From an uncultured Janthinobacterium sp. (GTDB lineage: Bacteria; Vulcanimicrobiota; Vulcanimicrobiia; Vulcanimicrobiales; Vulcanimicrobiaceae): a stretch of 32,694 nucleotides of DNA. Positions within the stretch are counted from its first letter, which is position 1; each line of letters starts with the position of its first letter. The position numbers and the translations under genes were made by a program. The DNA lies in the NCBI GenBank assembly GCA_964658025.1, contig CAZZXB010000014.1, positions 1-32,694 of the forward strand, written 5' to 3'. The notes under the pieces are model-generated. The model did not search any database. It saw only the letters and a program-made list of their open reading frames with translations, and was not told the DNA's origin. This document shows positions 12,235 through 20,265 of the stretch, one piece after another.

Positions 12235-12504
12235 CTACGCTTGGGCGGCCGTGGCCTGCTCTTTGGCTTTCTTGCGCTCGGCGGCTTCGGCTTTCTTCTT
12301 GTCGGCGGCGGCGAGGCGCTGGTTGAACTTGTCGACGCGTCCGGCCGTGTCGAGGAACTTCTGCTGACCCGTGAAGAGCGGGTGGCACGAAGAACAGACT
12401 TCGATCGAAATGTCTTTGACGGTCGAACCGGTGGTAAATTCGGCCCCGCAGGCGCAACGGACGTGCGCGGCGGCGTGCCAGGTGGGATGGATCTTGGCTT
12501 TCAC
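12235..12504 (-). CDS. rpmE: 50S ribosomal protein L31 (zinc-binding type) with a Lys/Ala-rich tail
   Basis: MKAKIHP...CACG...CSSCHPLFTGQQKFLDTAGRVDKF. Confidence 0.96.
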   Translation of the reverse strand: MKAKIHPTWHAAAHVRCACGAEFTTGSTVKDISIEVCSSCHPLFTGQQKFLDTAGRVDKFNQRLAAADKKKAEAAERKKAKEQATAAQA

Positions 12505-12513
12505 AACCGGACG

Positions 12514-12522
12514 ATTATAGCA
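12514..12522 (-). promoter_or_regulatory. Extended -10 promoter of rpmE
   Basis: TGCTATAAT, a consensus TGnTATAAT, ends 9 nt before the GTG start. Confidence 0.7.
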
Positions 12523-12619
12523 GAAGTCGCAAGCGACGGGAAGCGCTATCGTGACCGCGAACGGCGAGCGTTGACTTTTCGACGGCGCATCCGCGCGTCG
12601 TTCCGCGCTGTGAGGGCCA

Positions 12620-13396
12620 TTGAAGCACGCACGTATCCCCTACGCTCTTCGTTTGCTCGCCGTCGCGGCCGTCTTCGCGATTCCGGCGGTCTTCGGTCCG
12701 GCGAGCGGGATCCGCGTCGCCGCCCAGGTCCCGCCCCCGCCGCCGAATCCGAGCCAGAACACGCCGAATCCGGCACAGACGACGATTCCGGTGACGGGAC
12801 CGACCGCGACGACGCCGCTGCCCTCGGAGATCCCGAGCGCCTCGCCGACGCCCGCGCCGCGTCGCGGACGCCACCGTCGCGGAGCGGACGCGAGCCCGAG
12901 TCCGGGCGGATCGCCGACGCCCGCGGGATCGCCGTCCGGCGAACCCGCGCCGACCGCCACGCCGACGTCGCCCGCCTTCGCGACGCTCGACGGCACGTGG
13001 GAAGTCCAGCTCCAATATTTCGACCGGACCGACTACTCGTTCGTCAAGCTCGCGCAGACGACGGGCGGCGAGCTCACGGGCGATTGGCGCTACGGCGGCA
13101 AGAGCTATCCCCTCAGCGGCACGTACGACGGACGCCTGATCAAGTTCACCGTGACGATGCCGACCGGTCCGACGGCGTTCTCCGGGTACGTCGAGGGCGC
13201 GCAGGACATGGTCGGACTCGTCGAGTTCCCGAAGGATCCGGTCCCGACGCCGCTCCCGTCCGGCGCGAAGCCCGAGCCGTCACCGAAACCGACCCCGTCG
13301 CCGCCGCAGAGCTCGGTGTTCTCCGACGGCGTGCCGTTCACGGCCGAACATCGCGCTTCGGGGAGATCCGTCTTCAAGGCGAGTCCAACGAAGTAA
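12620..13396 (+). CDS. Secreted Pro/Ser/Thr-rich hypothetical protein with a small beta-barrel-like domain
   Basis: N-terminal signal-like segment, PSPTP-type low-complexity regions flanking LDGTWEV...LTGDW...LSGTYDG...FSGYV. Start uncertain (TTG). Confidence 0.75.
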   Translation: MKHARIPYALRLLAVAAVFAIPAVFGPASGIRVAAQVPPPPPNPSQNTPNPAQTTIPVTGPTATTPLPSEIPSASPTPAPRRGRHRRGADASPSPGGSPTPAGSPSGEPAPTATPTSPAFATLDGTWEVQLQYFDRTDYSFVKLAQTTGGELTGDWRYGGKSYPLSGTYDGRLIKFTVTMPTGPTAFSGYVEGAQDMVGLVEFPKDPVPTPLPSGAKPEPSPKPTPSPPQSSVFSDGVPFTAEHRASGRSVFKASPTK

Positions 13397-13466
13397 ACGG
13401 AGACGGGGAGCGGTCGCGCGCGACGCGGTCGGTCCCCCCGAGTTCGGCGTCGAAGACGGTCCGGCG

Positions 13467-14777
13467 ATGCAGGACCACACCTTCGGCTTCCGGACCCGCG
13501 CCCTCCATGCCGGAACGCCGCCCGACCCCGCGACCGGCGCGCGCGCGATGCCGATCCATCTCAGCTCGAGCTTCGTCTTCGACTCGACCGAACACGCGGC
13601 CGAACTCTTCGCGCTGCGGACCTACGGCAACATCTACAGCCGGATCGGCAACCCGACGGTCGCCGCGTTCGAGGAACGGATGGCGAGCCTCGAAGGCGGT
13701 CTCGGCGCGCTCGCGACGGCGAGCGGTCTCTCCGCGCAACTCATCGCGGTGCTCTGCCTCGCGCAAGCGGGCGATCACGTCGTCGCGACCGCGAATCTCT
13801 ACGGCGGCACGATCACGCAGTTCACGGTGACGCTGAAGCGCATGGGCATCGCGTGCACCCTCGTCCCGGGCGACGATCCGCGCGACGTCGCGGCCGCGAT
13901 CCGGCCCGAAACGCGTCTCGTCTATACCGAGACGATCGGGAATCCCGCGGGGAACGTCGCCGATCTCGCAACGCTCGCGACGATCGCGCACGACGCGGGA
14001 CTCCCGCTCGTCGTCGACAACACGTTCGCGTCGCCCGCGCTCTGTCGGCCGATCGAATGGGGTGCCGACGTCGTGATCCATTCGGCGACGAAGTTCACGA
14101 GCGGTCACGGAACGGTGATCGCGGGCGTCATCGTCGAGAGCGGACGCTTCCCGTGGGGCGCGGGGCGCCATCCGTTACTGTCGGAGCCGAGTCCGGGCTA
14201 CCACGACATGAACTTCGCGGAGACGTTCGGCGAGTACGCGTTCCTCATGCGCGCGCGAACCGAGGTGCTCCGCGACGTCGGCGCGTCGCTCTCGCCGATG
14301 AGCGCGTGGTTGTTACTGCAGGGCCTCGAGACGTTGCCGTTACGGATGAAGGCGCACGTGGAGAACGCGCGGACGATCGCGGAATTCTTGCGCGCGCGCG
14401 ACGAGGTCGCGTGGCTCTCGTACGCGGAACTCGACGACTCGCCGTACCGCTCGCTCGCGCGGAAATATCTGCCCGAGGGCGCGGGCTCGATCTTCACGTT
14501 CGGTCTGCGCGGCGGACGGGAGGCGGGACGCGCGTTCATCGAGGCGCTCGAACTCTGGAGCCATCTCGCGAACGTCGGCGACGGCAAGTCGCTCGTCATC
14601 CATCCGGCCTCGACGACGCACCAACAACTCTCCGACGACGAGATGCGCGCGGGCGGCGTGACGCCGGAGATGATCCGGCTCTCGGTCGGTCTCGAAGATC
14701 CGGCCGACCTCATCTGGGATCTCGAAAACGGCCTGCGCGCGGCGCGCGCCGTCGCGACGGTCGGAGCGGGCGCGTGA
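13467..14777 (+). CDS. metY: O-acetylhomoserine/O-acetylserine sulfhydrylase (MetY/CysD family, PLP)
   Basis: GNIYSRIGNPT, ETIGNP, VVDNTFA, HSATKF (PLP lysine), QGLETLPLRM, HLANVGDGKSLVIHPASTTHQQL, RLSVGLE. Confidence 0.93.
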   Translation: MQDHTFGFRTRALHAGTPPDPATGARAMPIHLSSSFVFDSTEHAAELFALRTYGNIYSRIGNPTVAAFEERMASLEGGLGALATASGLSAQLIAVLCLAQAGDHVVATANLYGGTITQFTVTLKRMGIACTLVPGDDPRDVAAAIRPETRLVYTETIGNPAGNVADLATLATIAHDAGLPLVVDNTFASPALCRPIEWGADVVIHSATKFTSGHGTVIAGVIVESGRFPWGAGRHPLLSEPSPGYHDMNFAETFGEYAFLMRARTEVLRDVGASLSPMSAWLLLQGLETLPLRMKAHVENARTIAEFLRARDEVAWLSYAELDDSPYRSLARKYLPEGAGSIFTFGLRGGREAGRAFIEALELWSHLANVGDGKSLVIHPASTTHQQLSDDEMRAGGVTPEMIRLSVGLEDPADLIWDLENGLRAARAVATVGAGA

Positions 14778-15274
14778 TCCTCACGACGGTCTCGCAGCGC
14801 CGCGATCTCCTCGCGCGCGCGCGCACGGTCGCGATGGTCGGCGCCTCGCCGAATCCGACGCGACCGAGTTACTTCGTGTTCTCGTATCTGCGGACGAAGG
14901 GCGTCCTCGACGTCGCGCCGATCAATCCGGCGACGTCCGAGATCGACGGCATCCGCGCCTATCCCTCGCTCGAAGCGTACGCGGCGGAACGCGGCGCGCC
15001 CGATATCGTCGACGTCTTCCGCAAGGTCTCGGACGCGCCGCAGGTCGCGCGCGACGCGATCGCGGTCGGTGCGAAGGCGATCTGGTTCCAATACGGCGTG
15101 ATCAGCGAGGAGGCGATCGCGCTCGCGGACGGGGCCGGACTCGACGTCGTCGTCGATCGCTGCATCAAGGTCGAGAGCGCGCGCTTCGACGGCGGCCTCT
15201 CCATCGGCGGGCTCAACAGCGGGCTCATCACGTCGAAACGCGCGCGACCGTTCGCATCGGCCGGTCGTTCGTGA
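14774..15274 (+). CDS. CoA-binding protein (YccU-like)
   Basis: GTG overlaps the metY stop. TVAMVGASPNPTRPS, PINP, DIVDVFR, IWFQYG, VVDRCIKVE. Confidence 0.9.
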   Translation: MILTTVSQRRDLLARARTVAMVGASPNPTRPSYFVFSYLRTKGVLDVAPINPATSEIDGIRAYPSLEAYAAERGAPDIVDVFRKVSDAPQVARDAIAVGAKAIWFQYGVISEEAIALADGAGLDVVVDRCIKVESARFDGGLSIGGLNSGLITSKRARPFASAGRS

Positions 15275-16410
15275 TCGCGTCGTCTCCGTTTGCGGGAGCG
15301 GACGCGCACGAACTCGACGCGGCGTTTCTCGAAATCGTCGCGGATTGGCGCACGGGCGGGATCGGCTGCGACGAGGCGCGCTTCGACGCGCTCGCGCGCG
15401 CGATCGCGGTCTTTCAGATGGAACGCAACGTACCTTACGCGCGCTACGCGGCGTCGCTCGGCTTCGATGCCGCGAAGCCGCCGCGGACGTGGCGCGAGAT
15501 CCCGGCCGTGCCGTCGTCCGCGTTCAAGGATGCGACGCTCGCGACGTTCGACGTCGCGCGTTCCGAAGCGATCTTCCACACGAGCGGCACGACCGCCGAG
15601 GTCTCCGGGAAGCACTACGTCGAGCGCGTGGCGCTCTACGACGCGGCGTTGCTCGCGGGCTTCGATCGGTTCGTCCTCGGCGACGGCGTGCGGTTGCGGT
15701 ATCTCAACCTCGTGCCCAATCCGCGGCATCGACCGCACTCGTCCCTCGGGTACATGATGGGACACGTCTCCGTGTTGCGCGGCGACGGAAAGGCCGCATA
15801 CTTTCTCGACGACGACGCGGTCGACGTCGCGGGCTTCGCCCGCGCGCTCGACGCATCGATCGCCGCGCGGCAACCCGTCTGCATCGCCGGGACGGCGTTC
15901 GCGTTCGCGGCGCTCCTCGAACGATTGGAGGCCGACGGTCGCACGTTCGCGGCGGTCCCCGGCTCGCGGATCATGGAGACGGGCGGCTTCAAGGGGCGCG
16001 CGGTCGAGATCCCGCGCGACGAACTCTACGCACGCCTGAGCGCCGCGCTCGGCGTTCCGACGGCGGCGATCGTCGCGGAATACGGCATGACCGAACTCGT
16101 CTCGCAATACTACGACTCGCCGTCGTCGCGCGGCGAGACGACGCGCGTGAAGGTCGCGCCGCCGTGGTTGCGCACGCTCGTCCTCGACGGCGACGGGCGC
16201 GAGGTCGCGGACGGCGCGATCGGCTTCTTGCGCCACGTCGATCTCGGCAACCGCTCCTCCGTCGTCGCGATCGACACGGAAGATCGCGGTTATCGCTCGG
16301 GCGAGGGCATCGTGTTACTCGGTCGCGATCTCGCCGCCGCACCGCGCGGCTGTTCGCTCGACGCCGAGGACCTCGTCACCACGTCGCGCGGTTCGCGGTC
16401 GGATGCGTGA
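15271..16410 (+). CDS. LuxE-like acyl-protein synthetase
   Basis: IPAVPSSAFK, FHTSGTT (adenylation loop), METGGFKGR, AEYGMTEL, DLGNRSS..IDTEDRG, LLGR...RGCS (C-terminal acyl-accepting Cys as in LuxE). GTG overlaps the upstream stop. Confidence 0.85.
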   Translation: MIASSPFAGADAHELDAAFLEIVADWRTGGIGCDEARFDALARAIAVFQMERNVPYARYAASLGFDAAKPPRTWREIPAVPSSAFKDATLATFDVARSEAIFHTSGTTAEVSGKHYVERVALYDAALLAGFDRFVLGDGVRLRYLNLVPNPRHRPHSSLGYMMGHVSVLRGDGKAAYFLDDDAVDVAGFARALDASIAARQPVCIAGTAFAFAALLERLEADGRTFAAVPGSRIMETGGFKGRAVEIPRDELYARLSAALGVPTAAIVAEYGMTELVSQYYDSPSSRGETTRVKVAPPWLRTLVLDGDGREVADGAIGFLRHVDLGNRSSVVAIDTEDRGYRSGEGIVLLGRDLAAAPRGCSLDAEDLVTTSRGSRSDA

Positions 16411-16485
16411 TCCGTCGCGTCCGGGTTTCGTCGGCGTATCGCCGGCCCGATCGTCGGCCCTCACGTGGATCGCGCGCTTCGGCGA

Positions 16486-16689
16486 TCATCGCCGTTCGGC
16501 GAGGATGCGATCGACGAGCAGGGCGAGATCTCGCGCCTCCGGAGAGCCGAGCGAGATTTTTCGTCCGTCACGCAGAGCGAAGGAGATCACGTAAGAACCG
16601 CTGACGATCCAGAGCCGATCGCGCCCGTTCGTTCGAACACCCAGTCCGTCGATGAGCTCGATACCGCGGGCGACGGCGGCGCTTCGCAT
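16486..16689 (-). pseudogene. Small ORF or 5'-truncated remnant of a membrane-associated hypothetical family
   Basis: GLGVRTNGRDRLWIVSGSYVISFALRDGRKISLGSPEARDL recalls the C-terminal GWGIR...NVSG...V.I.L.DG...IGTDEP pattern of a common hypothetical family. No N-terminal membrane segments are present and pirin starts just upstream. Confidence 0.4.
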
Positions 16690-16809
16690 CGAGCGGGCTA
16701 CGTCGATCGACGAGCGTCCTCGCGTGAAAGCATCGACGATGTTCGGCGCGGGACGCGAACCGGACGTTAGCCGACGATCTTGCAACCCAAACCGGGTTAT
16801 GGGGGGCAG

Positions 16810-17577
16810 ATGGATACGCAAACGGCCCGACTCTCCGTGCAACGCTCGAACGATCGCGCGGGCTTCGACTTCGGATGGTTGCGGACGCGCCACTCGTTCA
16901 GCTTCGGATCCTATCGAGATCCGACGAATACGAACTGGGGCGCGCTGCGCGTCTTCAACGACGACGTCGTGCGGCCGGGCGAGGGGTTCGGCACGCACCC
17001 GCATCGCGATATGGAGATCCTGACGTACGTGCTCGACGGCGAGCTGGCGCATCGCGATTCGATGGGGAACGAGCGCGTCGTCGGACCCGGCGCGGTGCAG
17101 TACCTGAGCGCCGGGACCGGCATCGCGCATTCGGAATACAACGCGAGCGCGACGCATCCGGTCCATTTCGTGCAGATGTGGGTCGTGCCGCGCGCGACCG
17201 GGCTCGCGCCGCGTTACGGGCAGGTCGATTTCACGCTCGACGATCGGCGCGACGCCTGGCTGACGATCGCGAGCGGATCGCCCGGCGTCGACGCGCCGAT
17301 CGCGATCTGGCAAGACGCGACCGCCTACGTCGCGCATCTCGGCGGGGCCACGACGCTGACAAAAACGATCGCGCCGGGTCGGCGCGCGTTTCTCTTCGTC
17401 GCGAGCGGCGACGTGACGCTCGGCGAAACGTCGCTCGGTTCCGGCGACGCACCGCCCGACGGTACGGCGCTCGCTTCCGGCGACGCGGTGCGGATCGTCG
17501 GTCCGTTCGATCTCTCGATCGCGGGCCGCGGCGAGGTCGTGCTGTGGGACGTGCCGTCGCTCGAGGCGAGCGCCTAA
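16810..17577 (+). CDS. Pirin family bicupin (YhhW-like)
   Basis: GWLRTRHSFSF, LRVFNDD, GFGTHPHRDMEILTYV, HRDSMGN, AGTGIAHSEYN, FVQMW. Confidence 0.93.
   Translation: MDTQTARLSVQRSNDRAGFDFGWLRTRHSFSFGSYRDPTNTNWGALRVFNDDVVRPGEGFGTHPHRDMEILTYVLDGELAHRDSMGNERVVGPGAVQYLSAGTGIAHSEYNASATHPVHFVQMWVVPRATGLAPRYGQVDFTLDDRRDAWLTIASGSPGVDAPIAIWQDATAYVAHLGGATTLTKTIAPGRRAFLFVASGDVTLGETSLGSGDAPPDGTALASGDAVRIVGPFDLSIAGRGEVVLWDVPSLEASA
17428..17486 (+). repeat. 36-bp-period in-frame duplication inside pirin
   Basis: acgtcgctcggttccggcgacgc at 17428 and acggcgctcgcttccggcgacgc at 17464 (TSLGSGDA / TALASGDA). Confidence 0.75.
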
Positions 17578-17662
17578 ACGCTTCGCGCCGCCCGCACGTC
17601 GGACGATCGACGTCGATCGACCGCGCGGACGGCGTCGCGAGGGGCGTCGGCGAGAACGCGAA

Positions 17663-18964
17663 ATGCGTCCGTCGATGCTGACCGGGGGCGCGCGCGCGAA
17701 GCGGCGGATCGACGCGATCGCGGACGCGGCGGCGCGTTGGCGCGATGCGGATTTTCCGCCGCGCGTCCGCGCGACGCGCGCGATCGTCGATAGAACCGCG
17801 TATACGGAACCGGTCGTCGACTACGCGCTCGACCGGCTCTTCACCGCGATCGATCGCGCGTCGCTCGAAGCGGTCGTCGTGAGCGAAGTCGGTTCGATCG
17901 CGGCGCTCGACGGGTTCGCGCGGCGCGACGGGCGTCCCGACGTTTTTTTTCGGGCGGCCGGACGCGTCGTCGTGATCGCGAGCGATACGACGATCGGCGT
18001 CGCGATCGCGCCGCTCGTTTTCGCGCTGGTCGCGGGTTGCGAGGTCGCGGTCAAGGATCGGAGCGATCTGCTCGTGCGCGCGTTCGCCGAGACGATCGTC
18101 GAGGAAGAACCGACGCTCGCGACGCGCGTCGAGGTCGACGTCTGGGACGGCGCGGGCGCGCGGCCGGACGGCGACCGCATCGCCCGCGCGGACGTCGTCG
18201 TCGCGTTCGCACGCGACGCGACGCTCGCGCGCATCCGCGCGTCGCTCGCACCGGGCGCGCGATTCGTGCCGTTCGGTCATCGCACGAGCGTCGCGTACGT
18301 CGGTCGCGAGGCCCTCGCGGACGCGACCCTCTGCGACGTCGCGGCTCGCGACGCCGCGCGCGACGCGATACTCTACGACGGCGACGGCTGTCTCTCGACG
18401 CATCTCGTCTTCGTCGAACGCGGCGGCGCGATCGCGCCCGAGCGCTTCGCCGCCGCGTTCGCGCGCGCGTGCGACACGTTCGTCGTGGAGTTTCCGCCCG
18501 GAGACCGCCCGCGATCGAGCGAGGACCACGCGTATCGGAAACGCGCGCGCTTCCGCGCGACGCAATGCCCCGTCATCGCATCCGAGGCGTCGGCCGACGC
18601 GCACGGCGGCGCACCCGATGCGTCGGCCGGCGCGCACGTCATCGCGTCCGAGACGTCGTCCGACGCGTACGTCATCGCGTACGACGAGCCGGTCGACGAG
18701 CCGCCGCCCTTCTTCCCGCGCGCCGTCGCGATCCGCTCGGTCGCGGTCCCCGACGACGCGCTCGCGTACCTGCGTCGCCACGCGCTTCCGCTCGAGGGGT
18801 TCGCGCGACGACCGGTCGATCGACCCGATCTCGAAGCCGTCGCGCTCGCGAGCGGCGCGACGTATCTCGCGCATCTCGGCGGGCTCCAGGACCCGCCGCT
18901 CGGCGGCGAACACGGCGGCGAAGGGCGGATTCTTCCGTTCGTCCGCGCTATCTATCGCACGTGA
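17663..18964 (+). CDS. LuxC-like acyl-CoA/acyl-protein reductase (ALDH fold)
   Basis: ADVVVAFARDATL, FVPFGHRTSVAYV, ARDAILYDGDGCLSTHLVFVE (catalytic Cys), GATYLAHLGGLQDPPLGGEHGG. Confidence 0.82.
   Translation: MRPSMLTGGARAKRRIDAIADAAARWRDADFPPRVRATRAIVDRTAYTEPVVDYALDRLFTAIDRASLEAVVVSEVGSIAALDGFARRDGRPDVFFRAAGRVVVIASDTTIGVAIAPLVFALVAGCEVAVKDRSDLLVRAFAETIVEEEPTLATRVEVDVWDGAGARPDGDRIARADVVVAFARDATLARIRASLAPGARFVPFGHRTSVAYVGREALADATLCDVAARDAARDAILYDGDGCLSTHLVFVERGGAIAPERFAAAFARACDTFVVEFPPGDRPRSSEDHAYRKRARFRATQCPVIASEASADAHGGAPDASAGAHVIASETSSDAYVIAYDEPVDEPPPFFPRAVAIRSVAVPDDALAYLRRHALPLEGFARRPVDRPDLEAVALASGATYLAHLGGLQDPPLGGEHGGEGRILPFVRAIYRT
18572..18685 (+). repeat. 33-bp tandem repeat (about 3.5 units), in frame within the LuxC-like gene
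   Basis: Units start at 18572, 18605, 18638 and 18671, encoding VIASEASADAH / GGAPDASAGAH / VIASETSSDAY / VIAYD. Confidence 0.8.
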
Positions 18965-20265
18965 GCGACACCCTCGAACGCATCGTCGGCACGGTCCCGG
19001 GTCCGCGTTCGCTCGCGCTCGCGACCGAACTCGCGCGCGGCGAGACGCGCGGCGTGACGTATCTCGCCGACGATTTTCCGATCTTCTGGGACCGCGCCGA
19101 GGGCGCGCTCGTCACCGACGTCGACGGCAACCGTTACATCGACGGGACGAGCGCGTTCGGCGTCGCGCTCACCGGTCACGCGAACCCCGCGGTCGCGCGC
19201 GCGATCGCCGCGCAGGCCGAACGGCTCGCGCACGGCATGGGCGACGTCCATCCCACGGCCGAAAAAGTACGGCTCTGTAGCACCCTCGCCGCGCTCGCGC
19301 CGGTCGACGACGGCCGCGTGTTCCTCGGCACGGGCGGCGCCGAGGCGATCGAATTCGCGCTCAAGACGGCGTTCCTCGCGACGGCGAAGGCCGAGACGAT
19401 CGCATTCGTCGGCGCGTATCACGGGCTCAGTTACGGAACGCTCGACGTGAGCGGCATCGCGAAGTTCCGCGCGCCGTGGCGCGATCAACTCGCCGATCTC
19501 TCGGATTTCGTCGCGTTCCCGAGCGAGGACGATCCGGAGAGCGCCGCACGCTCGCTCGAGGAGATCGCGGACGATTTCGACGAGGCCGAGATCGGCGCCG
19601 TGATCGTCGAGCCGATACAGGGCCGGGCGGGCGTCGTGATCCCGCCCGACGGCTTCTTGCGCGATCTCCGCGCGCTCTGCGACGCGCACGGCGCGCTCTT
19701 GATCTTCGACGAGATCTACACGGGATTCGGCCGGACCGGCACGCGCTTCGCCTGCGAGCGCGACGGCGTGCGACCCGATATCCTCTGCGTCGGCAAGGCG
19801 CTCGGCGGCGGCTTTCCCATCTCGGCCGCGATCGTCGCGCGGAGCGTCGCCGATGCGTGGCAGCCGTCGTTCGGCGAGGCGCTCCACACGTCGACCTATC
19901 TCGGCAACCCGATGGGCTGTGCCGCCGCGCTCGCGAACCTCGCGGAGATGGAACGGCTCGACGTCCCGCGCATCGCGCGCGAACGCGAACCGCACGTCGC
20001 CGCGGCGCTCCGCGGAATCGCGGAGCGTTGCGCGCAGATCGAACGCGTGCGCGGTCGCGGACTCCTGTGGGCGATCGATTTCGTCGACGATCGCGCCGCG
20101 AACGAAACGGTGACGCGCGCGCTCGCGCTCGGCCTCGTCCTACTCCAATCGGGTCTGCGCGGCGAGTCGATCACGTTCTCGCCGCCCGCCGTGATCGACG
20201 ACGCGCAACTCGCGCGCGCGTTCGCGTTACTCGAATCGGCCGTCCGCGGACCCGTGTTCGCATGA
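18961..20265 (+). CDS. Class III PLP aminotransferase (GabT/ArgD/LysJ-like)
   Basis: DVDGNRYIDGTSAFGVALTGH, GAEAIEFALK, GAYHG, VEPIQGRAG, FDEIYTGFGRTG, GKALGGG, HTSTYLGNP. GTG overlaps the LuxC-like stop. Confidence 0.92.
   Translation: MSDTLERIVGTVPGPRSLALATELARGETRGVTYLADDFPIFWDRAEGALVTDVDGNRYIDGTSAFGVALTGHANPAVARAIAAQAERLAHGMGDVHPTAEKVRLCSTLAALAPVDDGRVFLGTGGAEAIEFALKTAFLATAKAETIAFVGAYHGLSYGTLDVSGIAKFRAPWRDQLADLSDFVAFPSEDDPESAARSLEEIADDFDEAEIGAVIVEPIQGRAGVVIPPDGFLRDLRALCDAHGALLIFDEIYTGFGRTGTRFACERDGVRPDILCVGKALGGGFPISAAIVARSVADAWQPSFGEALHTSTYLGNPMGCAAALANLAEMERLDVPRIAREREPHVAAALRGIAERCAQIERVRGRGLLWAIDFVDDRAANETVTRALALGLVLLQSGLRGESITFSPPAVIDDAQLARAFALLESAVRGPVFA

Noticed and set aside
13397..13466. 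SAM riboswitch or T-box upstream of metY
   Set aside because: The gap is only 70 nt and shows no recognisable SAM-I or T-box core sequences.
17578..17662. Palindrome CGATCGACGTCGATCG and flanking GC pairing as an operator or terminator
   Set aside because: CGAT/TCGA words are extremely common in this sequence and there is no U-tract, so chance cannot be excluded.
18572..18685. CRISPR array (33-39 bp periodicities here and at 225-302 and 17428-17486)
   Set aside because: The repeats are degenerate, in frame within proteins, have no unique spacers and no cas genes are nearby.
15271..18964. Bioluminescence (lux) operon
   Set aside because: Only LuxE- and LuxC-like genes are present. No luciferase (luxA/B), luxD or luxG is in the window.
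18037..20265. 742-aa ORF suggesting an extended aminotransferase
   Set aside because: The upstream part is an off-frame read of the LuxC-like gene. The domain starts at GTG 18961.
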